Source of the DNA: Cyanophora paradoxa CCMP329
Lineage: Eukaryota; Plantae; Glaucophyta
Assembly: GCA_004431415.1 (NCBI GenBank)
Contig: QPMI01000559.1
Location: 1-64,000 of the forward strand
Reading direction: 5' to 3'
DNA length: 64,000 nucleotides
The number at the start of each line of letters is the position of its first letter. Within the stretch, counting starts at the first letter, position 1. The position numbers were made by a program, and so were the translations under genes. Under the pieces are notes generated by a model. The model ran no database searches and was not told the origin of the DNA. It was given only the letters and a program-made list of their open reading frames with translations. Positions 22,282-34,889 of the stretch are shown piece after piece.

Positions 22282-24189
22282 CTAGTTGCTGGAGGTCCTG
22301 GGGAGCTTGGGCATCTTGAAGCGCTTCTGAGAGACGATCTCCTGCGCGGCGGCGCTCACTTGGAGGAGAGCGCGCCCGCGGGCCCCGGCTGGGGACCGGT
22401 ACCTGGAGGCGGGCGGCCCCGAGGCGGTACTGCGTGCCCAGTGGTCAACGTAAATCACCTGTCAACAGAGAGGCCAAGCACTCACTTGCTTGGAGCAGAA
22501 CTCACACTTGATTTCCAGGTCCTCATCCTGCGCCCCCGGGTCGCCCCGGGCCGCGCACCCCAGCGCCGCCCCCGGCGCCGCCCCGCGCGCCTTCTCGGCC
22601 ATTTCCTCGAGGTCGCTGGACGGGGGCGGGGTTGGCGGGGGCCGTGCGCGGGGCGGCGGGGCGCGGACCCGAGGGAGAGGAGGGCGATCGCGCGGTCGAC
22701 GCGCCCCTCGTCGCACTGCGGGGAGGCGTGGGCGGGGCGGGGGGCCGGGGGAGGGGCCGGGGCGGGCCTGGCAGCGGAACTCGGGGGTGCTGCGGTGGCG
22801 CTCGCGGTCGCCTTCGAGGCCGCCGGCGAGGATCAGGTCCATGATGTCGTCCCCGCGCGCCCCCGTCCGCAGCAGCTCCGTCGTCGCCGGGAGCGCCCGC
22901 ACGTTCTCCTCCAGCTGCGCCAGCTCTGCCCCACACTCAGCCCCGCCCCCGCCCCCCGCCGGCACGCCCCGGGCCGACCTTCGTCCGTCGCCCCAGGGAG
23001 CACCTGCACCAGGAAGCCTGCGCGCTTGAATCTCAACGAGGAAGGCATGGGAGGGGTGCGCGGCCGCCTGCGGCATGCCTCCCGCATTCTCGACCTCGGG
23101 TTTGCCCGCGCGAAGTCCGCCAACATAGACGCCGAGCCCGAGGGCGGAGGGGACCTGCACGGGGCGGGCGGCTCGGGGGGGGGGGGGGGGGGGAGAGAGA
23201 GAGAGAGAGAGGGTGAGGGGCGCTTCGGGCCTGCTCAGAGTTTACAAGATAGCTGAGAATGTCCTGCACTCCGTCAATGAGTGTGCGTCGCGGCGTACAC
23301 TTCGGGCGCTATGCCACGGTTCCCACCTCGGCCACCTCGCCGTTGACGAGGTCAACGATTCCTTGCGACTCACGATTAGGACCACGTGTACCATCTGGAT
23401 AACTGGGCCCGGGGTGGCTCAGCGCGGCTGACATACCAGTAAAAGGCTCCTTCATAGACGGGTGGTAGCGGACTACGTAAAGTGTTCCGGGACCGATCAG
23501 GCCGCCCACGTCGAGCTTGCCCTGCTTGTTCGGCGGCACGTCCTGCACCACGCGCACCGTTGAGAGCGCGCCGACCACCGCCGCCCCCTACGCACAGCTG
23601 CTGGATTGCCACAGAGCCCCCGAACGAAGCCGTTCGAGTCTGCAATCCCCATTACGCGCCTGCCAAAAGGCTCGATCAGACGCTGCAGGCTTTTTCATAT
23701 GCCAGGGGCTTGCCCCACGGGACCACTTCCCCTGAAGTCCAGCTGCACAGATTCGCCATCCTTCTTTCCATCCGACAAAAGCAGTGCCCCTGCAAGAGAT
23801 TTTGACGAAGGCTATTAAACATGTGTTTTTTAGGTACCGCAAAGGGTCCGGCCAAGCGCAGCCATGGCTGTCGGGCTGCAGCCCTGCAGCCCCGTGATCT
23901 CCCGCACGATGTCATTGGCAATCAGGACGCGGCAGCTGCAGTGGCGCGCAGTTAGCGGGAGCGCGTGCGCGCAGTTAGCGGGAGGGCGTGCTCACGAGAT
24001 CGAGCCGTCTCTTGAGATGCCACGAACGAGCTCGTTCTCTGCTTTTGCGAAGAAGACGGGCGCCGCATAGCGCCGCCGATGTCCGCGGGTAGCCTGTGCC
24101 GCGCGGGTCGACGCGCCGAGGAAGCTCGAGCGCAGCTGGGGCCTCGCTGCAGCTGCGTGGATCGGCGCAACTGCGGTAAAGCTTAACAT
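22282..24189 (-). CDS. hslO: Plastid-targeted Hsp33 redox chaperone, multi-exon
   Basis: Transit peptide MLSFTAVAP...SSFLG; AALGRTL, KLDVGGLIGPGTLYVVR, YLVNSEQ-VPSALGLGV and FLVQVLPGA motifs; C-terminal CxC...CEFC zinc centre. Confidence 0.88.
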
Positions 24190-24266
24190 CACGGCGACGG
24201 CTTTACCAACTGCGACGTCGAGTCAGCTGTACCCGCGACGGCTTTCGGCGCACCGGTTTCGATTCG

Positions 24267-25332
24267 ATGGACGCGGAGGAGGTTCGCAAGCGGGCAGAGG
24301 AGCGGCGGCGGCGCATTCTCGAGCGCGGCGAGCGCGGCCTTCAGAAGATCATCGGAACGCAAAGCGCTGACACCGCTGAGGGTCAGACGCGCAGCGCAGA
24401 GCACGCTGCGGCACGAACGCTCACGCTCTGGAACAGGTCGCGAAGCCTCTGTGGCTCTGCAGGCGGAGCCCGACTCCGACGTGCAGCCGGCGGCACGAAG
24501 CGAGACACCGCCGGTCAGTGCTGAAGGCGCGCACTCGGACTCGCCGCGGCCTGGATTGGAGCGGGAGAGAGAGGTCGGGCGTCGGTCCACGACGCCGCAT
24601 CTGTCGGCCCAGGTCGAGGAGCTCGGACAGCGGCTCTCGGGGTTGTCCATGGCAGACGAGCGCCGGAAGCGTTCCGCCCGCCTGCGTCTCATGTGGATTC
24701 TTGACTCACTCCGCAACGTCCTGGTGCTCGTGCTGGCGGCGTGGCTGGCGTATTCCAGCAGCGTCTTCGCTGCGGCAACTTCTGTCGCAGCAAGCAGCGC
24801 TCTGGGGGACGCCGACAAGGGCGCTTGCGGGGGCAGCGACCCTTTTTCAGCGCCCTCACTGAGCGTCATTAGCTGCGAGGGTGGCTTGGGGAGTCCAGGC
24901 GGTCTGCATGTCGTGCTTCAGCGCCTGGAACCTCTTGTGTTGGGATCCCGACCGCTTCTCGGCTTCCCGGTCGTTGTTACCCTCGCCGCCCTACAGCTGG
25001 CTCTCCTATTGCTTAACCGACTGCTCTCTCGGGTCCTCTTGGGCAAAGCAGAAGTGCGCACAGCAGAGTGCGGTCCCGTCAGTGTTGTGCGGCTCATTCC
25101 ATTTTTTTAGAGTGCAGATGGCAAGCGCAAGGACGGCGGCGATGCTTCCCAGGAATCGGAAGCGGGGAACGAGCTGGCAGACTTGCTGCCTGCTGGCCTG
25201 GAAAACGCTGTGCAAGGAGCGGAATTCCTTGTGCAGGCCCTCATGTTCAGTCGCCGACTCGGCCGCGACCTCATCCTCTTCATAGCATCTTTCGTTCTGG
25301 CCAGCTCTGCGCTGCCCATCGGCCCAAGGTGA
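24267..25332 (+). CDS. GET2/CAML-like ER membrane receptor of the GET pathway
   Basis: N-terminal AEERRRRILERGERGLQKIIG motif, long linker and three hydrophobic segments at the C-terminus. Confidence 0.7.
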
Positions 25333-26326
25333 TCATCGCGGTCGGATTCCTTCGGGAGGCGGCGCCGGCAAGCACTCCCGTCCAATTGCAAGCACTGCGA
25401 CGCTGCGCCGGCGCCCAGTAGACCCAAAGCGTGCCGACGCGTATTCTGTGTCACTCTAAACGCTTTCCTCCCCGGCGCCTACATGTCCGGCGCCTACATG
25501 TCAGCTAAAAGCGAAGGTGCAAGCGCTGGAAGGTGCAAGCGCTGGAAGGTGCAAGCGCTCGGTGCAAGCGCAGATATATGCGCTAGCCCCATGGCCAGCA
25601 GCGCTAGCGCTCATAATCAACGGCTGGGCGTCTGGGGGGTCAGCTCATGATCATATTAGCATCCAATGGTTCCTGCAGATGTACTTCGAGAAACATGCAG
25701 GCTGCAGACAGAACGTCTACAAGCTAGACGGATCTCAACTTTGGGGCTCCAGTTCGTGGGATTGGACCACGAGGGGCGCCCAGCCCGCCATCCACCGCCG
25801 GAGCAGCTTCGGTCGGCGCCGGCCGAGCACGGAAAGGTCCCCTTGAGGGAGGGAGTACGCCCTCCCCGGCACCTAGGTGGAGTGCCGAAGATTGCAGCAC
25901 CGGTGGATCGCGATCGGGAGGCGACGGCCCCCCGCGGGCGGAAGGTGCCCGTGGGGGGGAGCCTGCGCACTGCGGCGATGTCAGCTGCAGGTCACGTGCA
26001 CGATCATCATCTTACAGCTGCAGGCGGGATTTGTGATCTCTAGATCTAGATCAAAACAAAACTTCGCACCCGACACGGCGCCACGGGAGGCGGCGCGCTG
26101 CTGAACTCGAAGCGCTGCTGATCATGAGCGCGGCCCAAGCTGCGAATTCGGGCGCGCGCGCGCGCGACCGTCGGACGAGGTCAGGAATATATTACGCAGG
26201 CCGGGCTACCGCTCGCCGCTCCTGCGATGAAACACGGGCGAGCGCTTTTCAAGTTTCTCGTTCGAACGGGAAATTGGGCCAGGAAATTGCGCAGGAAATT
26301 TGCCAGGAATCCGTGGATGGAAACCG

Positions 26327-26410
26327 TCCAACTTTCGCGCGTCGTCCAACTTTCGTCCGACGGTCCAACTAGTACTTTCGTCCAACTTTCGTCCAACTTT
26401 CGTCCAACTT
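26327..26410 (+). repeat. Array of 11-bp ACTTTCGTCCA units (cluster 1)
   Basis: Directly visible tandem units, one interrupted by ACTAGT. Confidence 0.9.
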
Positions 26411-26940
26411 GGCAACTATTCTTCCGCGCTTACGGCCGCAGCCAAACGCCTCCGCAGCCTGGCAGCGTGCCGGTCTCTGGCTGCCGCAAGGAATTCGAAG
26501 GATGAGGGGGTAAGAAGAGGACCGGCCGCCCCGCGGTGGTCCTGCCGGCAGCAAGCAGAGCCCCGTGCGGGGTACCTCATTAATATTGGGCCGCGTCCCA
26601 AGGGGCGCGCAGCGCCAAAGGAGGGGCCGCCGAGAGGGCCCCAGGGCCCGAAAAGATAGACCACTCATTGCCTCGTGGGCGTGGTACGGTTGGGGAGGAT
26701 ATCTCTTCACTCCCCGTGTGCCGGGGGGTACGCATTTGCTGCCCGGGTACTCATATCGCGCCCGCAGGGGGTAAGCGATTTCGAGGGGGGTACAGCTTCT
26801 TGAGCCAATCGAGAAAAGGAAGATCCACCGTAGTGGATAGACCCCCGCATGAACAGCCAAAAGCTTGCGCTCAGGCCCGCGGAAGGCGTGAAGCCGTAGC
26901 TTCCAGGCCCCGGGAGAAAAACCAACAGAGGAACCCCTCA

Positions 26941-27056
26941 TTCGTCCAACTTTCGTCCAACTTTCGTCCAACTTTCGTCCAACTTTCGTCCAACTAGTAC
27001 TTTCGTCCAACTTTCGTCCATCAAACCTCAACTTTCGTCCAACTTTCGTCCATCAA
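26941..27056 (+). repeat. Array of 11-bp ACTTTCGTCCA units (cluster 2)
   Basis: About nine units with ACTAGT and TCAAACCTCA interruptions. Confidence 0.9.
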
Positions 27057-27059
27057 CCG

Positions 27060-27928
27060 ATGATAAGCACGCAGAGCGCATCCAACGGAGAAGCATCCAA
27101 AGCGCCAGAGAGCGCTCCCACAGCTTCAGAACGTGCAGAAAAGCGGGCGAACAAACCCTCGCCGGAGGAAGAGGCGTTGAAGGCCTGGTTCGAAGCACAA
27201 GAGCAGCATCAGAAGAAGGAGGGAAAGGCAGAGAAGAAGGAGTCCCCTTTCGATTGCTCGAAAGCGCTTACCGGTGCGCTCTGGGGCCTGCACTCAGCTC
27301 GCCGCCGCAGCCAACTAGCGTTGACTCCGTGCTGTTGCGCGCGCCAGAGGCCTTCGACTGCCTATGTGCGCGCCTCTGTCACAAGCGTATTCCGTCTGCT
27401 TAAGCTTCGCAGCGCCATCTGTGTGGGCGAAGAGCTACTACATCAGCGGCGGTTCGCGCACGCGGACGTTGCTCGCGCTCCGTGCGGGAAGTCAAACTCC
27501 CGAGCGTTGACGTGTCGATTCGACGCAGTTATACCGCCATGTGGGGTGTTGTTCGGAGAGTGGCTACGTTGGTTCGAGTCCTTCAGCTTCCCGTCCGGAT
27601 CTGCTTAAAGCTTAAGCCAACTGATCCTGGACGCCCGCAGTATGCAGTGCTCCGTCGCTTACCGGAAAGATCCCAATGCGCTCAAAGAGTATGAAGATGG
27701 CAAGCCCAAGCCGCACGTCGTTGAGCATCTGTGGTAAACACCCCTCGACCTCCTCAGCCTCACGTGCAGAACACACTCTCGTGAGCCTCAGGCTCACTCT
27801 CGTGCACGTGCCGCAGGGAGCTGAAAGACAAGCCAAGTCTGGCGCCATGGAGGGCACCTTCCGACCCCCTGTGGGGCAAGGCATCCAGGCCAGCTGCAGA
27901 TCTAGACATTCCTGCAGAGAAGAGTTGA
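27060..27928 (+). CDS. DUF3128/Emi1-like small cysteine-motif protein, multi-exon
   Basis: Spliced reading FDCSKALTEAFDCLSPSVWAKSYYISG..C...MQC...VVEHLWELKDKP resembles the C..AFD..C.S....YY.G..C...C...VWE.R pattern. One internal splice phase is unresolved. Confidence 0.5.
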
Positions 27929-29322
27929 ACTAAATTCAACAATCAAAGCAATCTTTTTCTCGAATTGCGTTCAGCCTGGCAGCCGCCTGGCAGCTAGCTA
28001 TAGCTAGCTATAGCCTCTTAAATAATTATCAATCATGTGCTAGCAGACCGCGCCCGGCCCTGTGCAAGTGCAGCAAATGCGAGCCGCGCGCGGATCCGGA
28101 TCCGCTCATATGCATTGCAGGGTACTTGGGTGGGGGGGGTGGGGGGGGGGGCGATGGGGATGGGGGTGGCAGGAAGACGAGGCAGGCGAGGCCGGGCGAG
28201 GCGGGCAGATCTAGAGTATCGATGGCGAGGCGGGCGGATGAGGTGGCGAGCGGGTGGGGTGGCGAGGCGGGCGGTGGCATGCGCACCAGGCTGACGGGCA
28301 GGCGAGAGCGGCCGCGGCGGCGGGAAGGGACACGGTAGCTAGGAGCGGCAGTTGGCATCGGGCCCTCTGCAGCTCACCCGAGGCGTCAGCTCGCCCCAGG
28401 CGGCGCGGGGCGAGGCCCAGCCTGGCAGCTGCAGCGGCAGCGGCAGGGTGAGGTGCGCGGCATTAGTGGCTGGGCGAAACTGGGGTCGACGAAGCATAGG
28501 TAGCGGCCGGGGCGGCGGGTGGGGAAGCGGACGGAGCAGCAGTCGGCGCCGGGCCGGGCCCTGCGCATGGCCTGCGCAGGGCCGAGGCGCCACCTCGCCC
28601 TGCCAGGCTGGAGAGCGGCGGCGCGGGGGCGAGGCCCGGCGGCGGCGGCAGGGTAAGGTGCGCAGCAGCAGCGGCGGGGCGAACCTGGAGCTCGAGTCGC
28701 GGCGGGCGGGGGAGCGGGCGGGGCGGCAGGTGGCGCCGGGCACTGCGCATAGCTCTAGCCTGCGCAGGGCCGAGCTCGAGGCGTCACCTCGCCCTGGAGA
28801 GCAGCGGCGCGGGGCGAGGCCCAGCCCGGCGCGGGGCACTAGATGCCGGCGCTGCGAATACTGCGACGCCGCCACCATCTGCTACGGAGCGCTGGCCGCG
28901 GGTCAAGACACGCGCATACGTACGTGCGGCCGCGGCCCGCCCCGTTTCAAAGCCCGTCGACAACGCTGAGCCGGACAACGCTGAGCTGGAGTCAGCTTGA
29001 ACCGGAGTCCGCCAGCAACTGAGAGCGTATGCGGAACTCCGCGGCCCGAGCTCGAGCCACGGAGGCCGCAGGGAAGCGCACCGGAACGCGACGTCGCGGA
29101 CTTCTTCTTCCTGCAATACCGGACGTGCATGCAAGTGCTTCGGCTGCTAGAAGTGCGGCTAGCAATGTACCCAGCGATCCGTATCGTCACCTATTCCCTT
29201 CTCCTGCCCCCTGCTTGATCATGCGCAGCTGCGCGGGGCCCACCGTGCACGCGTTCGCGTAGTCGTCGCACGCCGATAAGGGTACGGTGAGCTCCGAGGT
29301 GTGCAGCTCTACCCCAGTTACC

Positions 29323-32140
29323 ATGGCGAGCTGGATTACGAGCGGCCTGCAGAAGGTGCAGGCACGAGCGGAGCGGATTCTCGAGCAGGTCGATCAGAAG
29401 GCGGCGACCAAGCTACAGGAGCTCGGCGGTGCGCGGGCACCAAGCTGCAAGCAAGTACAGGACTTTCGCTGATTGCGATATCGTCTCGCAGTTGCCACCA
29501 ATGCTTCAGGCACAGAAGCTCGGCCTCGCTACGCCACGGACTACGCAGGCGACACGGGGGTCGCCTCGCGGCCGACGCCTCCATCTAGCAGAACGTCTAA
29601 GACCGCCAACAGCGAGGACCCATGGGGCGCTATCCTGAACACGAGCGAAAGCGCCCAGTCCCAGCAGCTAGGCAGGAAGCTCAACGAACGCTTGGACTCG
29701 CTCGGGTCGCGCGCACAACCCTCAAGCGCGTCGGCTGCAGTCAGCGTATCTTCGAGTGCCTCTCTTACTGCTGCGGGACCACCCGACGATGGGCCGGAGC
29801 TCCACCGTCCACACCAGTCTCCGCCTCAGTCAACCAAGGCAGAATCCCCGCCCGTATCGTCCGCGACAGTTTTCGCCTCTCTTGGGGCCTCGGCACAAGC
29901 CTCGTCGGCTGATACGAGGCCATCGTCGAGCGCGTCGGAGGCGGCGGCGCTGCGTAAGGAGGCGGCGGGGTCCGAGACCGGGGCGAGCGCGCCCTCCTCA
30001 GCTTCCAGCGCGCAGCCACGCCTCGCGGGGAGGTGCGGGGGGGAATCTTTGAGTACGCCCGCTCCTTCCCTCGAAACACCCTGCAGGCTCGGCGCATCGA
30101 AGAAGGCGGCCGTGGCTTCGGCGGCCGACTCGGGAGATGCTGCTGCGGATGCGGGGGCGGGCGGGCGCACGGACGAGCTCCGGGCCGCACTCGAGGCGGC
30201 TCGCAACGCGCACCTGCAGGCCGAAGAGGCTCGCCGCGCAGGGGCGCCCAGCGCTCGCTCCGCCGACGCCGGGGTCGCCGCAGGCCCGCGCGCAGATTAG
30301 AGAGCTGCAGCTGATGCTCCAGGAAAAGGACAAGGTTCGCGGCCGGCACGGGGCGGGGCGGGCGCGCGGACCGCTCACGGGCGGGGCAGGTGATCTCGGT
30401 GCAGGCGGCGGAGCAGCGTGCGTTGCAGCGGCAGCAGGAGCAGGTGCGCGCCCCGGACAGGGCCTGAAGCGGTGCCGAGGCCGGCGCAGGAGTTCCAGAC
30501 GGCGCTCCTCTCGAAGGAGGCCCAGCAGCGCGAGCTCCGCACACGCCTCGAGGAGGGTCCGCGGGGCCGCCGCGGCCGGGCGGCAGCAGGGCTGAGGGCG
30601 GGGCGCAGTGTTGCGGGCGCTGAAGGGACACGAGGCGACGCTGGAGGCGATGCGGGAGGAGCGCGACGCGCTGCTCCGCCAGCAGGCCTCGGCCTTCGAG
30701 ATGCAGGCCGCCGCCCTCCGCGCCGTGCGCTCCCCTGCCCGCCGCGACGCCTCGCGGGGGCTGAGCCGGACGGCAGGCGCGGATCGAGGAGGAGGAGCGG
30801 GAGAAGCTGCTGGACCACGCGAAGCAGGAGCACCTGAAGACGCAGCTGGAGGCGCGGACGCGGGAGAGCGAGCTCGAGTCCGAGCATGCCGCCTACGTCA
30901 AGGCCCTCGCCAACATGCAAAAGCAGCTTGAGGAGAAGCAGGGTGCGCCCCCCGCCGCCGCCCCGCGCCCCCTCCCCGCCCTCGCCGAGGCGAGGCGCGC
31001 GCAGCGGAGGTGGCGCGGCGGGAGTCGCAGGTGCGGTGGATGGAGACGGCGTGCGAGGCCCTCCGCCACGAGGTCGCCGACGCCGAGCAGCAGGCCCGCC
31101 CCGCCCCGCCCCGCCCCCCCGCCCCGCCGGCGCGAAGGGGGCGACGCAGGCGGAGCGGGAGCGTGGCAAGGCGCAGCAGGCGGCGGTGGAGGCGCAGGCG
31201 GGGCGGGAGGCGCTGGGGCGGGAGCTGGAGGCGCTGCGGCGGCAGCTCGGAGAGCGTGAGGCGGCGCTCGCGGAGCGGGAGGCAACAGTGAAGGGCCTCG
31301 AGCGGCGCCTCGCCTCGCTGCGCCCGGGCGCCTCCTCCGGCGCTGACCTCGAGTCCCGCCTCCACGCCATGGCCGAGCACGTCCTCCAGGCCCGCCCCGC
31401 CCGCCCCGCCCTGCCCCCGGCCCTCACGCCCCCGCAGAAGCAGAGCGCGATCGAGAACCTGACCGCCCAGAACCGCGCCCTCCAGCTCCAGCTCGAGGAC
31501 GCCGCCAGGGTGCCCCCGCCCCGCCGTCCCGGCCGGCCCCGTGCCGACGCGGCGCAGCGGGCGCGCGAGGCGGAGAGCGGGGGCACGATGTACACGGGCA
31601 AGGGGAATGGGCACGTGCTGCGGGACGACGAGGAGCTCGGAGGCGGGGGCGCCCCGCGCCGCCGCCTCGTCGCCGGCCGCGACAAAGAGGACAGGTGCGC
31701 GGGGCGGCGCGGCGGGGTGCGGCGGGGGCGGGGCCGATGCGGGGCGGGGCGCAGATTCGTGCGGACGGAGGACCGGTTCGCGGCGATCGCGGCGAACCCG
31801 CGGCTGCGGCGGCCGGCGGAGGTTCTGGACCTCGCAAGGCGCGCCCTCCCGCCCGGGGCCGGGGCGGGCGGGGCCGACGGGGCGGCGCAGCCAGCACGTG
31901 GTGAACGTGCTGCGGGGGAACCCCACGGCGCGGATGGCGCTGCTGGTCTACGCCATACTTTTACACGTTTGGGTGATCTACGTCGTGTCCTCTTTTCAGG
32001 GCCGCATCACCCGGTGCCGCCCCCGCCCCGCCCCGCCCCGCCCTGCCCCGCTGAGCGCTCCGGCCCCCAGCATCCACCACCTCGATAGTGCCGGGCCCCC
32101 GACAGGCAACCCCGCCAACCGGCCCCCGTCCTTCCTATAG
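29323..32140 (+). CDS. GOLGA5: Golgin-84 (GOLGA5-like) coiled-coil Golgi tether, multi-exon
   Basis: N-terminal MASWITSGLQKVQARAERILEQVDQKAA; LESRLHAMAEHVLQ-KQSAIENLTAQNRALQLQLE; C-terminal LRGNPTARMALLVYAILLHVWV transmembrane motif. Confidence 0.85.
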
Positions 32141-32249
32141 ACGCCCCTTTGTCTCAGCCGCACTTTCCTGCAATGTACTCAAACCTGCCGCTAAGACCGC
32201 GCGCTACGTATACGCGCTGCTGTGCCGTGGCGCTGGGGGCGGGCGGGGG

Positions 32250-33597
32250 CTAGTCGTCAGAGAGCCAGGGGAGGTACCAGGTGAGGGTGCCGGCCTCGAG
32301 GACGTTGTAGAGGACGAGGGCGCGGGGCGGCTGCGAGACGATGCAACAGATCGCGCGTTTCGGCCCGCACTGCCACGTGCCCAGCGCCCGCTGCAGCTTC
32401 TTGATCTCCACCGTCGCCGTCGCCTCCTCGCCCGCGCCCAGCGTCGCTGCGTCCCGTCACCCCCCGCGAGCCCCCCGAATCCCGGGGGTCGAGGATCGCA
32501 CCGGCCGCGCTGGGCACGGGGAGGTTCTGCGGGGCGGTTGAGGCGGGGGAGGCAGGGGGCAGGGCGGTGCGGGCCTTGTAGTAGGTGGAGAGGAAGACGA
32601 GCTCGGTGTCGACCTTGAGGGCGAGGTCCCCCGCCGCGCTCGCCGAGACGTGCACCTGCCGCACCCTCAGCCGCGCCACGCGCCGCCCCAGGAGCCCGCC
32701 CACCTGCTGCCCCACCGCCTTCATCCGCTCCACGACGTGCTGCACCTGCACCGCCGTTGGCACAGCAGACCGCGTCAACCGCACCCTTGCACCTCGCGCA
32801 GCGCAGGAAGCTCGATGGAGACCTGCCGAAGTCGGTGAGCGGCGAGCGGCGTGCACGCGGCGCCCCGGCACCTCGGGGTCCGCAAGGGACGGCTCGCGAA
32901 CGCTGGCGAACTGCTGCGCCGAGTAGATCTCGATCGGCACCTCCTGTGTCACGCTTGTCATGTGCGCGCTCTGCCGCCCCGTCATGGCTCAGCCCGGCGT
33001 CGGCGGCGCGCGGGAGGAGGGGCCGGCACGGGGATGGCGTTGTTGACGAGGAAGGTGAGGTAGGGGACGGACGCCGCCTTGTCCCGCGTCAGCTTCACCG
33101 TCACGTCCGACGACGAGGTGCTCGTCTTCAACGCCCGCAGCAGGTTCTTCGTCTGCCCCGCCGGCGCCGTCAGTGCGCAGATCTCGAGTGCGGGCAGGGC
33201 GAGGGCGCCTCAGCCCCGTGCGCGCCTGGCACTCGAACATAATGTGGTTATTGTTCTTGCTCTCGCACCGGATCTCACTGAAGACGGCACCCTGCAGAGA
33301 GAATCGCTGGGAAGGAACAAGCGAACTCGACGGCGTAGAAGTCGAGAACCCTCGCACCATCTGAACCTCGGAAAAGACAGCGACGCCATCCCCCATCTGA
33401 GGAGTGATGATGAGGCCGAACGACTCCGGCTCGATGTGGACGATGGTTGTTCCGGAGCCCTTCTCGATGGTCATTGCCTGCAGCATCTCTGCGCGCAAGA
33501 GAGATGAGAGAAGATTGCAGGCCATTACGCGTATGCAGTCCCCTGCGAGCGCACTTACGATGAGGTTCGCGTTGACGAGCTTCGCCTTAAACTTCAT
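32250..33597 (-). CDS. HUS1: HUS1 subunit of the 9-1-1 checkpoint clamp, multi-exon
   Basis: MKFKAKL; VFSEIRCESKNNNHIMFE; NLLRALK; VKLT...PYLTF; VTQEVPI; VVERMK; GDLALKVDTELVFLSTYY; LTWYLP. Confidence 0.88.
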
Positions 33598-33707
33598 CGC
33601 TGGATGCCGGCAACCCTGGAGGTCGTGCGGCCGCTTCTGTCGGATGCGCGTATGTCTTTTGCGGTCCACTATTGACGCTTCAACTGCCTGCACGCGCTCC
33701 TGCTTGC

Positions 33708-33763
33708 ATCTTCGATGATCTTCGATGATCTTCGATGTATCTTCGATGTCGAGATCTTCGATG
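33708..33763. repeat. Five ATCTTCGATG units in the HUS1/SEC6 divergent promoter
   Basis: Directly visible; an E2F-like TTTCGCGC follows at ~33836. Confidence 0.75.
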
Positions 33764-33949
33764 TAGGCGCTGCAATAAGCGCTAGCCTTGTTGCAGCTGC
33801 AACTTTCGAATTCGCCGCAAACTTTCGCCGCGAAGTTTCGCGCGCTTCCCGGGTACGACTCGAGGGTCAGCCGTCCTTGACCGCCCAGCGCTGCGAGCGC
33901 GTCCAACCAAGCGATGTAGCTGAGCGGTTCTCGCTTTGTTCACTAGAAA

Positions 33950-34853
33950 ATGGCCTCCGTCGACGTTGAGGCGAAGGAGGCGGCCGCCAGGGAGGTGCAG
34001 GCGCGCTTGGCGCTCCCAGACCAACTCGCACGGGCGCGTCCCCCCTCGCCGAAGCGAGTGCTTGTCATCAATGCGCGCTGAACGGCGCCGCAGGTGCCGG
34101 CGCTGATCGCGGACTACCAGCGGCGCTCGAATGGCGTCGACTCACAGGTCAGCACGCTGACCAACGCGCAAGTGGAGGAAGTCAAGGAGGGCATGGGTTA
34201 CATGAAGAAGTGCTTCGATTCGATAGCGACTGTGGCCTCCAAGTCCGCCCGCCCGCCCGGCGCGCTGGGTCATCCTAACCATGGGTCAGTTTCCGGAGGA
34301 TCGACACTATGTGCAAGGAGTCCGGCGCGAGCGTGCGGCAGTACGAGATGGTTCGGGTGATGGCCATCGCACGCCGCAACCTCGAGCTGGTCCTCCGCGA
34401 CCTCAACATCTTCCTCTCCGTCTCCGAGAAGGCCCGCAGCGCACCCGAACAGCCGGCCGGCCGGTGCCGTGCCAACCTGTGCGTAGGCGAAGGAGCTGGA
34501 CGGGATGCTGGACAACGAGGACAACCTGCTGCAGCCGGAGAGCAGCCTGCTTGACGTACAGCTCGAGCTGCACCGCCTCGAGCTCGCCCGCGCCCGCGCC
34601 CTCGCCTCCGTGCCTCCCCACGCCCCGCGTCCTCTCTCTGCGTCACTGGACATCCGCCAGATGGAGGAGGGGGCCACCGAGCGGGCTTTCCTGGAAGAAA
34701 AGCTGCAGGTGCGCCGCTGCCGTCCCCGCACCCCCGGCGCGTCCCGGCCCAGCGCGACGGGTGCGGCGCAGCCTGTGGTGCAGCTCGCGGACCGCTTCGC
34801 GCGCATCCTGTGGCTCCACATCGAGAACGCCGTCACCCTCGCCCGCGTCCGCC

Positions 34854-34889
<36 letters not shown>

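Noticed and set aside
25640-26045. ORF-like stretch between the GET2-like gene and the repeat family
   Set aside because: No motif recognised; may be a transposon remnant but is unsupported.
26327-27056. ACTTTCGTCCA arrays as CRISPR or telomeric repeats
   Set aside because: The units are 11 bp, mostly contiguous, with no unique spacers and no known telomere motif.
28029-29324. Possible minus-strand gene divergent from golgin
   Set aside because: Some splice-like signals, but no recognisable motif or consistent reading frame.
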